From the NCBI GenBank assembly GCA_051362555.1, contig CM120648.1:1093721-1157720 (forward strand): a DNA stretch of 64,000 bases. The letters are read 5' to 3'. The position numbers and the translations under genes are program-made. The notes below the pieces were generated by a model. It did no database searches and had not been told where the DNA came from. It was given only the letters and a program-made list of their open reading frames with translations. Shown here one piece after another: positions 13,761 through 28,540 of the stretch. The stretch is from Lingula anatina. Taxonomy: Eukaryota; Animalia; Brachiopoda. How positions within the stretch are numbered: the stretch's first letter is position 1; each line of letters begins with the position of its first letter.

Positions 13761-16200
13761 AATTGTGTGTGTTGGAGAGAGAAAATATCAAATTATATCT
13801 CTGCATTAATCATATAAGAATGCCAATACAAACCTCTACAAAATGAACCTGGCTGCATTTAGACTACCATATTGTCAGTGCATGTGTGACAGTGTGCAGT
13901 TTCATCATGAACTACAACTATATAGTCTATGGTCAAAGTAGACTGAAATTTTTCATCTCAGAATTCAGACTACATTTTTCCCTGAATAACTTCACATTAC
14001 TCTGCAGCTCCTGCCCTTAGCTGACAGCAGACTTTAACATGAACTAGCTGAGGACTGTATCTAACAAGACCAGAGAACTTCAAGCAGCTAACTTTGAAAA
14101 CATTCCTTTCGTTCAATCTAGACAATTAGAGCATAATAACAGCCCTATTCTCCAATACTCTAACATTCAATGTCAAACATATATACTAGTCTGGGTGGTA
14201 AATTTGAGCTCTTACCTCCCACCCCCCCTCCCCCAGACTCCATAAATGCCCCCCTGACCTCATTTAACACACAACAACTACTGTTCATACTTACACATCT
14301 GACTGTAAGAAATGAGTCACAGGTAATAGTATGCATGCGAGGCTTTTGTCTCTATTCTGAACAGCAAATCATGCATTGCAAAGTAGCTTCTTGTATGTAC
14401 TCATGTCATTGTGGGTGCATTCAGACAGGGGCAAAACATGGACCGGTTATGGTCTAGTTGATGTCACCTACGGCTGGTTTACGCAGAGGAATGTTGGCCT
14501 GACTTTCGCACCAAAACTTGCAGTCTACATATGGAATAAATTAATCAACATTCCTTTCATTTTAGTACAATATTGTACCTTATTTACAAAAAAAAAAAAA
14601 AAAACTGAAAAATTGATTCAGAACAATAACTGTTCTATTTTAATAAACCACTGCAGAATTTTCTGTCTTGAAGTTAAAACCAACTTTTGGTCTTAAGATT
14701 ATTAGCGGAAACAGCTCTCAGTTCATTTATGTTTCTTTTTTTTTCCAAAGCCATATGAACACGGCATATCAGTGAGCTCCATATTGTCTGTAACCAGGAC
14801 CAAGGAGCTCGTCTTCCCTGGAAACAGCTGATCAACCATGCAGCTGATAAAACCACTGACTGAACTTGTACCGTAATTTCTCAATAACTTCGAACAACAG
14901 AGATTTCTTTTTTTTTTTTCTGTAAAAATTGTTGGCAATATAAACATAAAGATTATTTGAATGATTTGAAAAGGGACCCGACTTCATATCATACCGATAT
15001 ATTTGAAATTTGTGTATTGTACAGAATCTATAGATCAGCTATCTAATATTAGTATCTGTCTATCTACTTATCTTCATTTAGCAAGTTTGGAAACATATTA
15101 CCCTGGATTAGCTTGAAATAAAAAATTAAAGGTATTTGAAATTTAAGAGAAATTTCTGTACCATGAATGCAGACAAAATCCACTTCAAAATAACTCTGGT
15201 GAAGTGTTTTTCGAGCCTAGTCTTGTCCATTTTTTTCCTGTTCAAATAAGAGGATAGCATGAACTAATATATCTCACTTTTAAATTAAACAATATTCATG
15301 ATACAAGCATTGTTGGCAATAATGATAAATCTTATAGCAGGCCACGGTGAAATTTACCCAGCTCTTCAAGAAATCTTTTATTTAAATACACCACAACATG
15401 CATTCTGATAATAAATGTCTTGTGAGAGTCCACTGATTTCAACAGTGATCCATTTTCTGCAATTTTAGTACATATCCTCTTGACCAAATGTATACTTAAT
15501 ACATATAGTAAACCAAAGAAAGGCCTTTTAATGAATCATCTTCTCCATTCTTTTTTCTTTTTTTACTGTATATTTCTGGTATATGTACGCTCAATACAAG
15601 TACTATTAATGACATAATCATGAGCAGTACAAACCAATAAATAATCACTTTTTTTCCAATATTTTCCAATATTTTTTACTGCAACCTTCTGGCCGCTGTA
15701 TAAACAAGTCACTGATATGTTCAGGGCATTCCTTGGGCCATTTTTTTCCAATAGTTTTTACAGCATACTTTTGGCCACGTAGGTAGGTATATATATATTA
15801 ATACATGGCAGTGATAAGGGAGGGCAGCATCTTAACTAGGACAATAAATCAATAACTGCCTAACCCCTAAGGTAAACACTGATGTAATGAGTGGCCAAAT
15901 ATTGGCAGCTTCCCAGTTCTAATTGAATTTTCCTGAATGTCAAAATTTAGAGCTTATCTGCAGTTTATCTGACATCCAGATGAGCCAATACACAAAAATT
16001 TTTTCTTTTTTTTTTCAATAAAAAACTGGATTTTGAGAGGCACAGTAAATCAAGGCAATTTATAAATGTATTTTTTAATTGCATACAAATGTAATTTTTA
16101 TCAGCTTGTGTTTTAGTTGTAAATATTTACACGTTTAATTTATGTATTTTCTCTAATTATCATAATAAAATACTGAAGCATAAAGCACAGCCATTCTTAA

Positions 16201-16519
16201 AGGGATAACTCTTCATATGAGATGCAAAATTCCACAATAAATACATTGTTAACAACACAAAGAAATATAGTAAATTCCATTTTACCACAAAATCAGCAGT
16301 TATCTCAATTATTCTGAAATCTGTGCTAGCCATTGGAGCACGCAGACCCTCATAGATGGCCATAATTACAAAAACCACACTTTTTAAAGAAACCAATCAA
16401 CTTACTTTGAATGCCGGAACAGATTCACTAACCATTGGAAAGTATAAGAAAACTGTCCTTACCCTAGCAAAATCCGTTTTATGGCACTTTCCCCACCAAA
16501 ATGAAGAGCTGTCATCCCT
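16201..16519. mobile_element. TTAA-flanked non-autonomous DNA transposon (Kolobok-like termini); second diverged copy at about 10962-11240
   Basis: TTAA|AGGGATAAC ... GTCATCCCT|TTAA. Shared blocks (TATGAGAT, CTTTGAATG..ATTCA.TAACCATTGG) recur at 10962-11240. Confidence 0.6.
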
Positions 16520-17429
16520 TTAATGAGCACATTTCTCCTTTCACTCACTCATCTCCAGATGATGGCCAAATCATTTTCATCAAAGTGTTTCAAGTATATG
16601 TTTCCAAAATAAAGCAGGATTTATACTATTATTACACAAGTCAATATAGGTAGCTCACATGCCTCAAGTGCTTTCAAACAATCAAACAATGGAGGAAATT
16701 TGCTAAGCACATTCTAGAGGAGGAAAACGGGGACGAGGAAGTTGGGGTGGAGGGGGGGGGGGGGGGGTAGAGAAGCGAAGACCCTGTTACCAAAACATGC
16801 ATAAAATGTTACTTATCATGGAAATTTCCAAATAAAAAGGAGTCTTCTTAAAACATAAATTATCCTTTATGTCGACCAAATTTAACGGAATGGATTTTTT
16901 CTTAGGTATCAACCCAAAACTTATTCATTTTGCTCAACTATCCCGGCATAACTCGTACAAATTGTTTGGTCTCAAAGTGCCACAGCAATATATACACATC
17001 ATGATAATGACTCATAAGAGTTGCAGGAATGAACAACAATATTTAACTGGACATCAATCAGGATCAGTTCTTACTAAATAGACATGGAAACATTTCACTA
17101 CTCCAGAGAATTTGCACGCCCGAAAATTGGCCCAAATTTAACACCTAAGATTTGCTCTAATATTGACCCAGGATAATCCAGATGTAGCCCTCTCAAATGA
17201 AATACTATGCCCGTTTTATAACAAAAAAGACACGGCTAATGTTTCAGAGGAATCCTTATTTTCTTTACTAGTAAGTTAACTACTACAGAATTATTTTAAA
17301 CTGAAGAGAACCAAAGTTTAGGCCAATTTTCAGACTTAAAAGTTCTACTGTGAATCCTCTACTCTGGCCTGGGAGGAAATTCCTTCCAATACAGCTCATA
17401 ATATTTGATAAGGATAACAAGTCGGAAGG

Positions 17430-17485
17430 TCTCACCTGTCGAAGTGTCTTACCTGTCGAGGTGTCTTACCTGTCGAGGTGTCTCA
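17430..17485. repeat. 17-bp tandem repeat x3.3 carrying three splice-donor motifs on the minus strand
   Basis: TCT(C/T)ACCTGTCGA(A/G)GTG repeated; the minus strand reads CAG|GTAAG, CAG|GTAAG, CAG|GTGAG. Confidence 0.85.
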
Positions 17486-20298
17486 TCCCCTGTATGTAAA
17501 CAGATCTGAAATCCTAAATATGTTTTCTTTAAACAACTGATCTCCTTTCTACGATAAAAAAAATATATTTCCATGATGAGAGAGACTTTTTGATAAACCT
17601 AAAACCTTAGCATATCCTTTGCCCCAAATTTCTATTTGGTTTCTTTTTTCACTTTTCTGGGTAATTTTGTCAAGAGGCCTTACCTGCCTTATTCAGCAAG
17701 AGCTCAACCAACACAAAACAACATGACTTACATCATTAATAAACCAAGGAAATATTTTCCCTATCAAGAACATGATGGAAATTGAAAAGTGCAAAAAGAA
17801 ATGTCTGTTCTAGTCCACGATCCATCAGATGATCCCATACCTTTTTCTTTCCTCCATTTTTCACCTCGACACCCCTTCCACTCAAATAAAAGCCATAGGC
17901 TTAATGTAAAGAAATGAGTAATAATCAGAAAATTCAGAGTCTAAAAATCTGAAAAGCAATATGCTGATATCACCTTATTAATCTTGTAGCATTTCTAGAC
18001 TCCTGCTTTCCTGCCCTCACTGCCTGCGTGTTACAGATAGAAACAATCTTCGAGTCTTTGTGTCTTTCTTACTACTCGCCTGCCCTCTCAAGAGAGCTTG
18101 AACTTCAAACTCCGAGGGAAATCTAATCTGTGACACCACACTGAATAACCCAATCAGTTCTTATCTGTTCTTCAAGGCACCGACAGAATAGTAACTTTGG
18201 TGCCAAATTTCTGGAAACGACTGAAACAATACACTGAGCCATTTAGGCAAGGAGGTCCCTGGGGAGCAACTTAATAAACCTGTTTTTTTTTTTAGCAATT
18301 ACTAGTACGGAGACATTTCATGTCTAATAGCATTTCTACTATGATAGCAGGCCTCACACGTCTGGATTGGCTGTGTGTGTTAAAAATATAAACCTATAAT
18401 ATATCCACTTTGGACCCTGTAACAAATAAACCATGATGCCATACCAAGTCAACCCGATATGTTTTCTGACAGAATATATATCTTTCGATGACAATTTCTA
18501 ATTTCAGCTTGGTGTCCTGGAGATATGTGTGCACTGTATCCCAGAGACAATGCTAGTCTTTTGAAGTGTAGTAGCTATGAGGAGTGTTCCCATGATTCTG
18601 CTGCCAGTACTTACCTTCAAAAGCAGAACCATCCAGTGTACCAAAGCGAAACTAACCTCTTTTCCAAGCCCACCTCTCCACACCAAGACAAAGTTCAGAG
18701 TCCACCCCCAAAAATACAAAGCCCAATATATTACCTTCCAGACTCCATCCCCCACCACGCCTAACCTCTTCCTTCTTCTTTTGTCTCCTTGCCCACGTAG
18801 CAGACCAAACCCTTTCCTGTGAGTTCAATGTTTATACAGCTCACATCACGGACCATGTAAAAGCAGCCTGTACAATTCCCCTCATTCAAGGCAGAGTAGT
18901 TCTATTAACAGGCTATGATAACATCAATACAGAAAATATAACGTACACTGGCCTTATCGGAGGTGCAAAGGTCGGCAATCGGAGATAATAATAGTTGCAT
19001 TGGTCAAAGGGTTCACTTCGCCACCAGTTTGCTTGGGCCTGGACCTTTAAAGAACGTTTGCATTGGTGTTTATGCGATTTTAATCCTGGAGCCAACCTGG
19101 TGCAACTCAGTCTTAAAACATTTCCAAGAAATCTTAATTCATTTCACTCTATCTTATATCTAAGTCTCAATGCAGAATGACTGAAAAATCAATATTTTAA
19201 CATTTCTGGGGTTTTGCAAGGATATATGTAGTCACTGGCTAAAAAAATCCATTTTTCCATAAAAGATTACTAAATCCTTTCTTTAAAATAAATGTTTAAT
19301 TTGGCAATAACTCTATATTTTCTTTGAAAAATCAACCCAATGGCCTGATGTATAATAATATCAACACGAAAAAGGAGAAGAAGAAGAAGAAGAAGAAGAA
19401 AATGGGCCGCACCAGGATTGACTGATCAAACCTGCTCCTGTGTAAACGTCCAGTAAAGTCCAGCGTTGCCCAGCCGTGGACATTTAAAACTGCCCCATGG
19501 CTACTAAGCCTGTTTACAAACACGAGTGTTAAGTAATCCCTTAACACTTTAGATTTCTAATCTAATACCTTTTCATTTTTATTACACAAGCACTTTAATT
19601 CCTATAAAATCCCTTCGCCTTTGACATTTCTCCTTTAATAAATGAGATTTCAAAATCTTTTCACATTAATCATAAAAGCACATTTGCTAATCAAATAATC
19701 CTTTTAGATCTTACTTTTATAAGGTTGAATCTCTTCTCAAATACAAAGAATGATCTTTAACGGCAAACTTTTCTCTACCTGAAACTCTTTTTGTGTTTGT
19801 ATATAATGGCTCCCTCACATAATTCCATGCTGCTTATTTTTACAGGATGTTACAATAGAGACCAAAACCTTTTTTCTTGATTGTTGTGCAAGTACAAGCA
19901 TATTTGCTCTTACGGCTGTTTAACGTTTGCTTCAATTAACAGCCGTAAGTGGCATTACAAATGTCTTTGAACCGAAATGTTGGCAGAGTGCTAAGAATAC
20001 AAAATATACTAGAGGCCAGAAGAAAACAAAAGGCGGCAACTATTTATAGCAGTTTTATGCTTCGATATTATACAGAAAAATTTAGTATCGTAGCATCTAT
20101 ATATACTCATAATAAGACAGCAATGTCATTACTTCACAAAGGCTAAGGCAACTCCCATTTTCAACAAAACCCATAATTTATTCAACCAAGCAAATGATTA
20201 ACCAAAATATCCAGAATATGGTGCATATATATATGTACATAAGCAGCATCTTATATTGATGTGTTAACCGGAACTATTATGCTAGTCAGTCAGTCAGT

Positions 20299-20339
<41 letters not shown>

Positions 20340-21518
20340 GTCCTCCATCTCCCTCTCTCTTTCTCACCCACACTCACCTTTGATTAAATCCACTAATCCA
20401 CTGTATTCTGGGTAAACACATACATACATACATACAGGAGCAAGGCAGATCCATCCTCTGTTACAAGGTATGTGCACTGTTGTGGATAATTTGAAAGGCA
20501 CATGTAAGATTTTATCAGCAACATATGATATTATGATAGCAAATACATCAGTCACTGCCCGATAAACCCCTTCTCACAAACACACTGTAATTTTACTAAA
20601 GAACTGATGCTGGTCTTCATATTATTTCAGAACTATGGACCTAAAAATTTTTTGTCTTCTTCAAATCAAGATAAAAAACATCAAAGTTCACTAAAATAAA
20701 GTAACTAATAGTTTTAAAGATTACCCTTTAGTCAAACAGAATCAACAGCCTGATAATATTGAGGTATTGGACCAGTTTCACACAAAAAAAGAGGAAACTA
20801 TTTTTGACCTATAGCAATTACGTACAATCACAACACAGACTGCCACTAACCTGTTGGCAAGGTGAGAAGGGGGGGTTGGACCCAGGTGGGGGTTGGGTCA
20901 ATTAAAGGGGGCAAGAAGGTCCAGATGAAGCAGACCCCTCCCCATTTCACCATCTTTCCCCCCTCTTCTTACAACACTATACAAGGGCAGATCCAGAGAT
21001 ATTTTCTGACAGTCTTCCAAATCATCTTTGTTGATCCATCCTCCATTTTTGACTGTCTTTCAACAGAAAAAATAAGATGCCCATCAACATAAAATGAACG
21101 TCTTCTGGAAGACCCATCAGCTCCTGTCTACTAGTATATAGAAAAACAAGAATAACAACCTCATATTTACATGAAATGCAAAAATTCAGTTCAAGGTAAT
21201 ATTCCAGGCCAGGGGATATCCTTATCAAGTCTACTTCTGATTCAAACTGTCAGATGCCTGCTCTAGCCATTCACTGCATGTTCACACTAATTACCCTCTC
21301 GTGATCTGACATGTACGCTGACACCACGCTGACACCACCCACGTCACTTGGAACATATTAAAATGAATACGGCTCCTTAGTCTGATTCTCAGTCCAAAAA
21401 AAAACACCACTTTTTTCACATCAATTGTGAAACCTTGGCAATACAGCAGTACTGTTTGGAAAGAATTACAATTTATGGTCAATTATCAATATTTCAGATA
21501 CATATGTATTTGGAACTG

Positions 21519-21563
<45 letters not shown>

Positions 21564-21989
21564 ACACTAATTGTTAAGTAAATAAATTTCCCTGTTTTCC
21601 CAACTGAAAAGATACAGTCATTTTTGCAGCAGCCTGACCAATACGTAAGAGAATCACCTAAATTGTTCAAGATGGTTCCTTTCTGAATGTGCCCATGGTG
21701 CCATAAAATTTGGTTACAAGTTGAATATAGAGGCTTAAATTCCTTATCAGATAATGGGCCAATCAAGCAGCAAAAAATGGCAATTTTCAGCTGACGTTGG
21801 CAGTTAATGGTAACGATTCAGCACTTTATTACCCAGTCATATTACTGATCTATCGAAAAACTTGTTTATTCGTGACTGAATCCACCTTGATCTTATCCCA
21901 GGCTGAATATTAAAGAAAATATTTTATAATAATAGCATTCATTTTTGATGACATTATACAAGTCTGAAAGACATCTTTAAGGGTCATTC

Positions 21990-22033
<44 letters not shown>

Positions 22034-22255
22034 CCATGTCCTCATACGAAAGATGCACATAAATAACCACCAACACACACACAACACAGACACACAACTT
22101 TATATATATAGCAGAGTGCACTGTAACAGAGCTGCAGAGAGATTCTTAAAACCATCTGTATAAATTTATTTCTCTGGCTAATTCTGTGCGTGATATCTGT
22201 ACTGTGGCCTGTCACACAGAAAGCATGGTCACCATCCTACAGGCCTCCGAGGCAC

Positions 22256-22735
22256 CATTCCCAAAGAGATTTGGATCGATCTATCTCCCTGGAGAGTGTC
22301 ACTAAATTGCTATCAAACTAACTGGCTTAAAAGTCTGTCACGCCTAGTAAAACTGTTAGGGGTAATTATCTTTACCCCTAGCTGATTCGGTAGGCGTGAC
22401 AGTCATTTAAGTCTCTTGAGCTAATAGCAATTTAGCGTAAATCCCCTGCAAGTAAGGTTGATCCAAATGGATCGATTTTAAGTATGGGAACCCAGTCTGA
22501 CACAGAGAATCTATAGCCCAGTGCTAGGGCGTATTCCCAGATTTTTAGATCGATCTATCCCCATGGGGAGTCTCACTAGATTACTGTCAGATAATACGGC
22601 TTAAATGTCCGTCCCGCCTACTACAAGCTGTAAGGGGGTAATTAACTTTCGTGCCGGCTCGGCTGACAGCTATTTAGCGTGAACCTCCAGGGAGTTAGGT
22701 CGATCTAGTTTGGATCGCTCTAATCTCTGGGAATG
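22256..22735. mobile_element. Two adjacent, related palindromic (hairpin) MITE-like elements
   Basis: About 22256-22490 and 22532-22735 both start ATTCCCA..GATCGATCTATC.CC and end ..GATC..TGGATCG..TGGGAA with internal dyad symmetry. Confidence 0.6.
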
Positions 22736-23356
22736 GGGTCCTAGTGTTATCACCCTCATTATTTCCTACTGCTAAAACAAAGAGGTGAGAGAAACACATC
22801 AGCTCCTCAATATACATCAACACCTGATAAATGTGTACATGGAAATCACCTCCCAAAAATTCTGATTGTACGGCCTCATGCAAGGACAGCCTCAGCAGCC
22901 TGTCACACCAAGCCTGCCTCAGCTTTTGAATCTTTGTGGAATCTGAGGCAGGTTTGACAAAAGGACTTTAGCTGCAAATATATGACTAAATTTTAAGACC
23001 AAAATTTTGGTCTCTATTTTGACTCTAGGTAGTTCAGCGGTAGTATACTTATTTAATCAAATACTGTGAGTTTTATAACAAGATAGACTTGGCTTATGTA
23101 TCACACCAGTGGCCAATTTCACAAAAACAAAAAAAACTTCCAACTCCAGAATTGGTCCAACTTTTAGACAAATATTTAGTCAACTTCAGTCCAAGATAAA
23201 TATGTGGTGGTTCCCCCCAAGACATCAGGTGTACTTTTCCTGTTACAAAACAGTTGCAATACTGTCTTCAATTGGACAACTACTACTGATTTATGTCCTC
23301 TTAGCACAATTCTCCTGCTAGTACAGTATAAAGACTGTTTTATCTAATGTTCTTAC

Positions 23357-23424
23357 CTGTATTCTAGGTTCAAAACTTCATCTGTGTCTGACCAATGCTC
23401 AGGTAAAGCCAATCACAGAATGTC
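23357..23424 (-). other. Putative 5' exon (probably non-coding) of the TRIM-NHL gene
   Basis: ttttcag acceptor and CAG|GTAAGA donor flank a 68-nt segment within the long upstream region; not transcript-verified. Confidence 0.4.
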
Positions 23425-25666
23425 CTGAAAAGATATACTGAAATTAATATTTTATATCTGCACTTTTGCTTCATTATTTAAAGTTAATTATTTTGACATG
23501 TTTTTTGGATATCAAAGTTGACATTTCACTGAGGCATGCAGAAATTTTGATGAAAAAAGCGACATTATTTCTTGACAACAGTATGTAATAATCAATAACT
23601 GCCAAGAAAAATAATTAAAAGTTTGAAATGCAAAGTATGGCATTCTTCTAAACGTTATGCTTTTAGCATTCAAATGTCATTATCATTTTGAAAAAACAAG
23701 GAACAGCACTTAACAAACTGTCAGCATCATCTGCATTACACTTTCAGACGGATTTTAATTTCAAATTACTGGTAACAAAAGTTATCACTAGCCAGCAATG
23801 AATTTTTCATTTTGCAGTTGCATCAGTGACAGCATTTCAATCTTTGAAGCTCTCTTCTCAGAATTCATGTGAACAACCACCAAGTACATACAAACATATG
23901 GAATGCAGCCTCAAACAATTCACATATCAACCCCCCTTCCAAACTCATTATTTACCAGTCTTTAATGTTAATTGTTTCCTTCCTTTTCTCTGCAGCTGTA
24001 ATCTTTTCAAGCCCAATAAAAGCCGGTTTCAAAGGCCCTCTGTTCAAGTGTGTTAACCCCCTGAACACCTCTGTTAATGAACTGCGTACAGACACGCGAG
24101 CAATGAGGGAAAAAACACTTGAGAGTGAGAGGATTTGAAAAAGTTACAGGTAATGCAGCATGTATAATGAACCCTTAAACAATCAACTTTTTAAAAACTT
24201 TTTCTTTACTTTTTTTCATCGGGTAAAAAAAGCGAATGGAATGCAGAAAATGAATACTTGCACATCCCCCCCCCCCCCACTAAAAAAATTTAAGTCAGCT
24301 AGAGTTGTGAAAAAATAGATTTGTACTAGTAAGTACATCTCAAAGTCTGCTAATTGTTACTATTCCTTGGCAAACAGTTCATCTAAAACCAGCTGGGGTC
24401 TTCGGCAACTATGCCATAACCGCATGCTGCCAATAAAATTCAGGGTGAAAAAATGTTTACACAGGATAAGTGGAGCTTCTGTATACGAGACAGGTTCACA
24501 ATTTCAGACTTAAGATGAACATTTTACTCTAAAAATTTACAGCAAAAAACTCATTTCACAACAACCAAATTAATTCATCTGGGTTTTCTCTGATGTTGCT
24601 TCATGGTTGTAATATGCACAATGATTTTTAATTTTTCAACTTGCCTTCAATGCCCTTGGATTGGAACCAACATTGCCACATGTCTCATCAATATCAAACA
24701 GAACAAAAATATCCCCTCTTCATCTTAACCAATTTATCTTAACTTATTAAATTGATTTACCAACAAACAGTGGCACATTTTAATGGTGAAACAGTCCCAT
24801 TTATTACATGTCTGAACGTTGCTATAATTGCACTATCTGACCTATATTAAATCAGCAATGCACCCATCAATCTACATTAGAAAAAACAATAAAATGAAAA
24901 CACTAAAATGAAAAAACAGCTGGAGGAAAGGGATAAACTGTTCTATTCAGTGCAATGAATATTTATGTATTGTTTCACTCAGGAAATATATATGTTTTAA
25001 TAGATGGTTTGGATTAAATACAGGGCACCTTGCACTTGGTGCTATTGAAGAATATGTCTAGAAGGTATTATGTTCAAAGATAAATATCTTTACAATTTTC
25101 AATCACAAGGATCCTCTACACTTGATGATCTTTGCTATCAGCGAGAAAAATTACATTCCCAGCAGATTTCACAGCTAAACGGGTGCAATATTAAGGCTTG
25201 AATGGCCCCATTTAAAAATGTTTATTACATCCACACTATAAGATGCAGTGTACTTTCAGAGCTTTCCAAAACAGTCTAATTAATGTGTTTTTTTTTTCTT
25301 AAATAAAATGAGGCTGGCATGCTCCGCCATGTGTAAAGAGAGAGTTTTATCACAAATGACCGCATAGCAACATGACTGTTAAATAAGAAATAAATGAACA
25401 TGAAAGTGCTCATATTCAATCCATTGCTGAAAAAAAATAGTATTAAACCTTTCAGTATGGGCATCTTTCATCATTTCTCTCTAATAAAACTACAGAAGTT
25501 TGGTTTAAGCCCTGGTGTGTACAATAACAACATGATGGCTAAAATAAATAAGCTTACAACAGGACCAGATGTTTTACTGGGGCTAAAAAATGTGGGTCTG
25601 GTGTTGTTTTGGTACTACTTTTGAAACACAAGAACCAGTTTTAACAGGTAAACAAAAATTTGGACG

Positions 25667-25668
<2 letters not shown>

Positions 25669-25748
<80 letters not shown>
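25669..25748. repeat. (AT)n microsatellite
   Basis: Directly visible; similar tracts at about 29518-29587, 50433-50497 and 56439-56480. Confidence 0.95.
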
Positions 25749-25751
<3 letters not shown>

Positions 25752-26208
25752 GAGCTAGTAAATCTTATATTTTTTAGGTATTTTGAACTGAAAACTGTTT
25801 TTGAAATTATCAATTTGTTGGAATAAAGTAGCCAATTAAAGTTGATATACCAGACACAAGTTGTAAAGATAATATCAAAACACTGTAAACAAAAACCACT
25901 TCTGAAAAAAAAAAAAAGCTACAGATATCACAAAATGATTGAACAAACATAACACCTTTTAAATGGCACACACAAATCAGAAGTCTACACCTCAATGTAT
26001 ACTTCAGCACTGCCTGAAAATTTCATTAAAAAGGCTGTAAATAAAATCAAATCGTAAGTTACATAAAACTCTATGGGACCTACTAGTGGTTTGCATCGCC
26101 ATACTCTGCAGACCATCTGTCGTATCACGATGGCTGGAAACCTGGGTAAAATCTCAGTCAGGAATTTACGGCTTACTAGTAACCAGCTAATGTGCAAGCT
26201 ACTACAAC

Positions 26209-26246
<38 letters not shown>

Positions 26247-28343
26247 GTGGGAGAAAGGGGGTATCTACAAGCGAGAATTGTCACAAAATTTCAGCTGCAT
26301 TTGCTTTTGGACTTAGTTTTAATTCCAACCACAAGTTAAGAAATAGCAGAGGAAACAAATAAAACATTTACTAGTATAACAATTGTATATATTCTTGCGT
26401 AAAAAAAAAAAGATTTCTAAATGATGCTCAGATGCTCAAGATTTCAAAAAGTTTGTACAGAAAAACACTCAGGGAAATGAATATTTCTGGTGCAGTATGG
26501 CAGTTTGGGCACTTGGACAATTTCAAAAAAAAAAAAAAAATCTATGCCGTACTCCATGGCTAGATCTAAGTCTTGTTATTTTCTGTCTAGACAGAACTCA
26601 CCAGACACCAGACGTGTAACCCAGAGACTTAAGGCTCCGTTTTTTAAAACACCAATCAGACGCATTCAGACAGGATATCAAACAGGATTGGTACTAGTCC
26701 AAAAATGTCACTCAGGGAAACAATGGAAATCCACCATAATGTTCTCTTGGCTCTTCAAAAAAATATATATATATATATTTTTTTAATAGCCTTTCACCCT
26801 TCCCCCAACTCCTCTGCTCCAATATAACACTTCTAAATTAAAATATTACAAGTGCCACTCCCACTCATTATACAAGATGTATTCACAACAGGAATAAGTT
26901 AAGCCTTGAAACTGACTAAATGATGTCAGCAAAGAGATCAACATTATGTATGAAGCACCCATATCTCTCGTGTCATGAAATTTAAAATAGGCTGAATTAT
27001 GTAATTTGGTCAATGCAGGACGTCCACGTCACACAAACTGGGTTTTAAAATTTTAAATTCTGGATTAAGTAATAGAATCATAAGGTATGGTAAATTTCAC
27101 TAAAAGTTGGTCTTGTTCTCGACACACAAATGTTGTGAGTTAGCAAAGAATATATCAAGTAAGCTTTATTTTTCATAAGACAGCTTTTATTTAAAAATAA
27201 TCTAATGAGCTTTTGGAACAATTTCAATAAAACAACCCGAAATATTTTTGAAACAATACGAGGTAAAGTAAACAATGATTGAAAGATTTTTTGGAAAATC
27301 CAGACATCAAACTTAGGCCATTGTACACACCCCATCCAAGCATTATGCCAACCACCACTTCTACAACATAATAGTGCCCCAAAAAACATACCAATTGTTC
27401 ATGGACTAGTAATCGTACTGAATAGATTTATGATCCTTGATTAATGATATATAAATTATCCTCCGATCATTTCACCCCGGGGCTAAGTGCCTGTTAATGT
27501 TTAACTTCCCGTGTTATGATAGCAGAAAATAACCACCGTTAACTACAAGGCACCAAATGACCCTGGCAGTTTGCCAAACACCTTACTCAGGTCAACCAAC
27601 TTTTCTGGTATTTGTTTTTTAAAAAAGTCATAGTACTTAAGGGCGCTTGGTAAACACAATTAGTAAACACACTTAATTCAAACAAATTGAAGAAGTTTTA
27701 TGAACCCTACTTAAGTTTAGTTTTAGAATATTTCAATAATTTCAAGCACAGAACAAAGTTGTATCTGTACATAAAAAGAGACTTTCAAGGAATTAAATGA
27801 TATGCCACATTTTCACTGAACACCATAAATAACGGGTACGGTATTTAGAACTTGAAAACAGCTTTCTGCACCTTTATTTTCTAAACAGTTTTGGAGAGGA
27901 CATTCCTTGAAATAGATATAAAGGGAAAAATAGAGGAAATTTCCAGGAAATTAAATTCTTTCTGAATATCGACCCAGCTAACAGTCTGCGTGTGTTTAAA
28001 AATGCAGGTGTATGGAGGACAGAGTCAACACCCTCTTCAAAGCTTACCAATCAGCAGTAATAAAGATATAAAATATTCACAATATGTGGGACTTCCAGTA
28101 TTTACCTAAGGATGATGAGAAAGCATGCACCTAACATTAAAACTGAACCTCTAATCAGTTTGAACATAAAAAACGTACCAGAGGCATTCTTACTGTAAGA
28201 GAACTTTAATTACTGGATGCCAAATGTTTTGGATATGATGTACTGCTGGCATTGAAAAGGATTTTTTTTCAAATTTTAAGGAACTTTGAACATTAGCTAC
28301 TTCAAGGTTTAGGACCCCCTTCCCATAGGCACTTTTGGTCTAT

Positions 28344-28540
28344 GTAGATTGATCCAACTTTGCGGGGACTCTTGCTGAGTGCAATCAGCCTTACTGAATG
28401 ACACACCTCCTTTTGTTTCCAATGCAATCAATGTACAATCACCAGCTTTTCTGTATTCTACTAAATGTCAGGAGGAGACGGTCATTCAGTTAAGCTGATT
28501 ACACTCAGCAAGAATCCCTGCAGAGTTGGATCGATCTACG
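28344..28540. mobile_element. Hairpin MITE with about 58-bp imperfect inverted arms
   Basis: GTAGATTGATCCAACTTTGCGGGGACTCTTGCTGAGTGCAATCAGCCTTACTGAATGAC pairs with the reverse complement of GTCATTCAGTTAAGCTGATTACACTCAGCAAGAATCCCTGCAGAGTTGGATCGATCTAC. Confidence 0.75.

Noticed and set aside
14674-14947. Short minus-strand ORFs with a cagctgcATG context like the 12030 exon
   Set aside because: No convincing donor, early stop and no recognisable homology.
18504-18822. Overlapping Pro/Ser-rich short ORFs in the TRIM intron
   Set aside because: No recognisable domain or splice context; low-complexity C-rich DNA.
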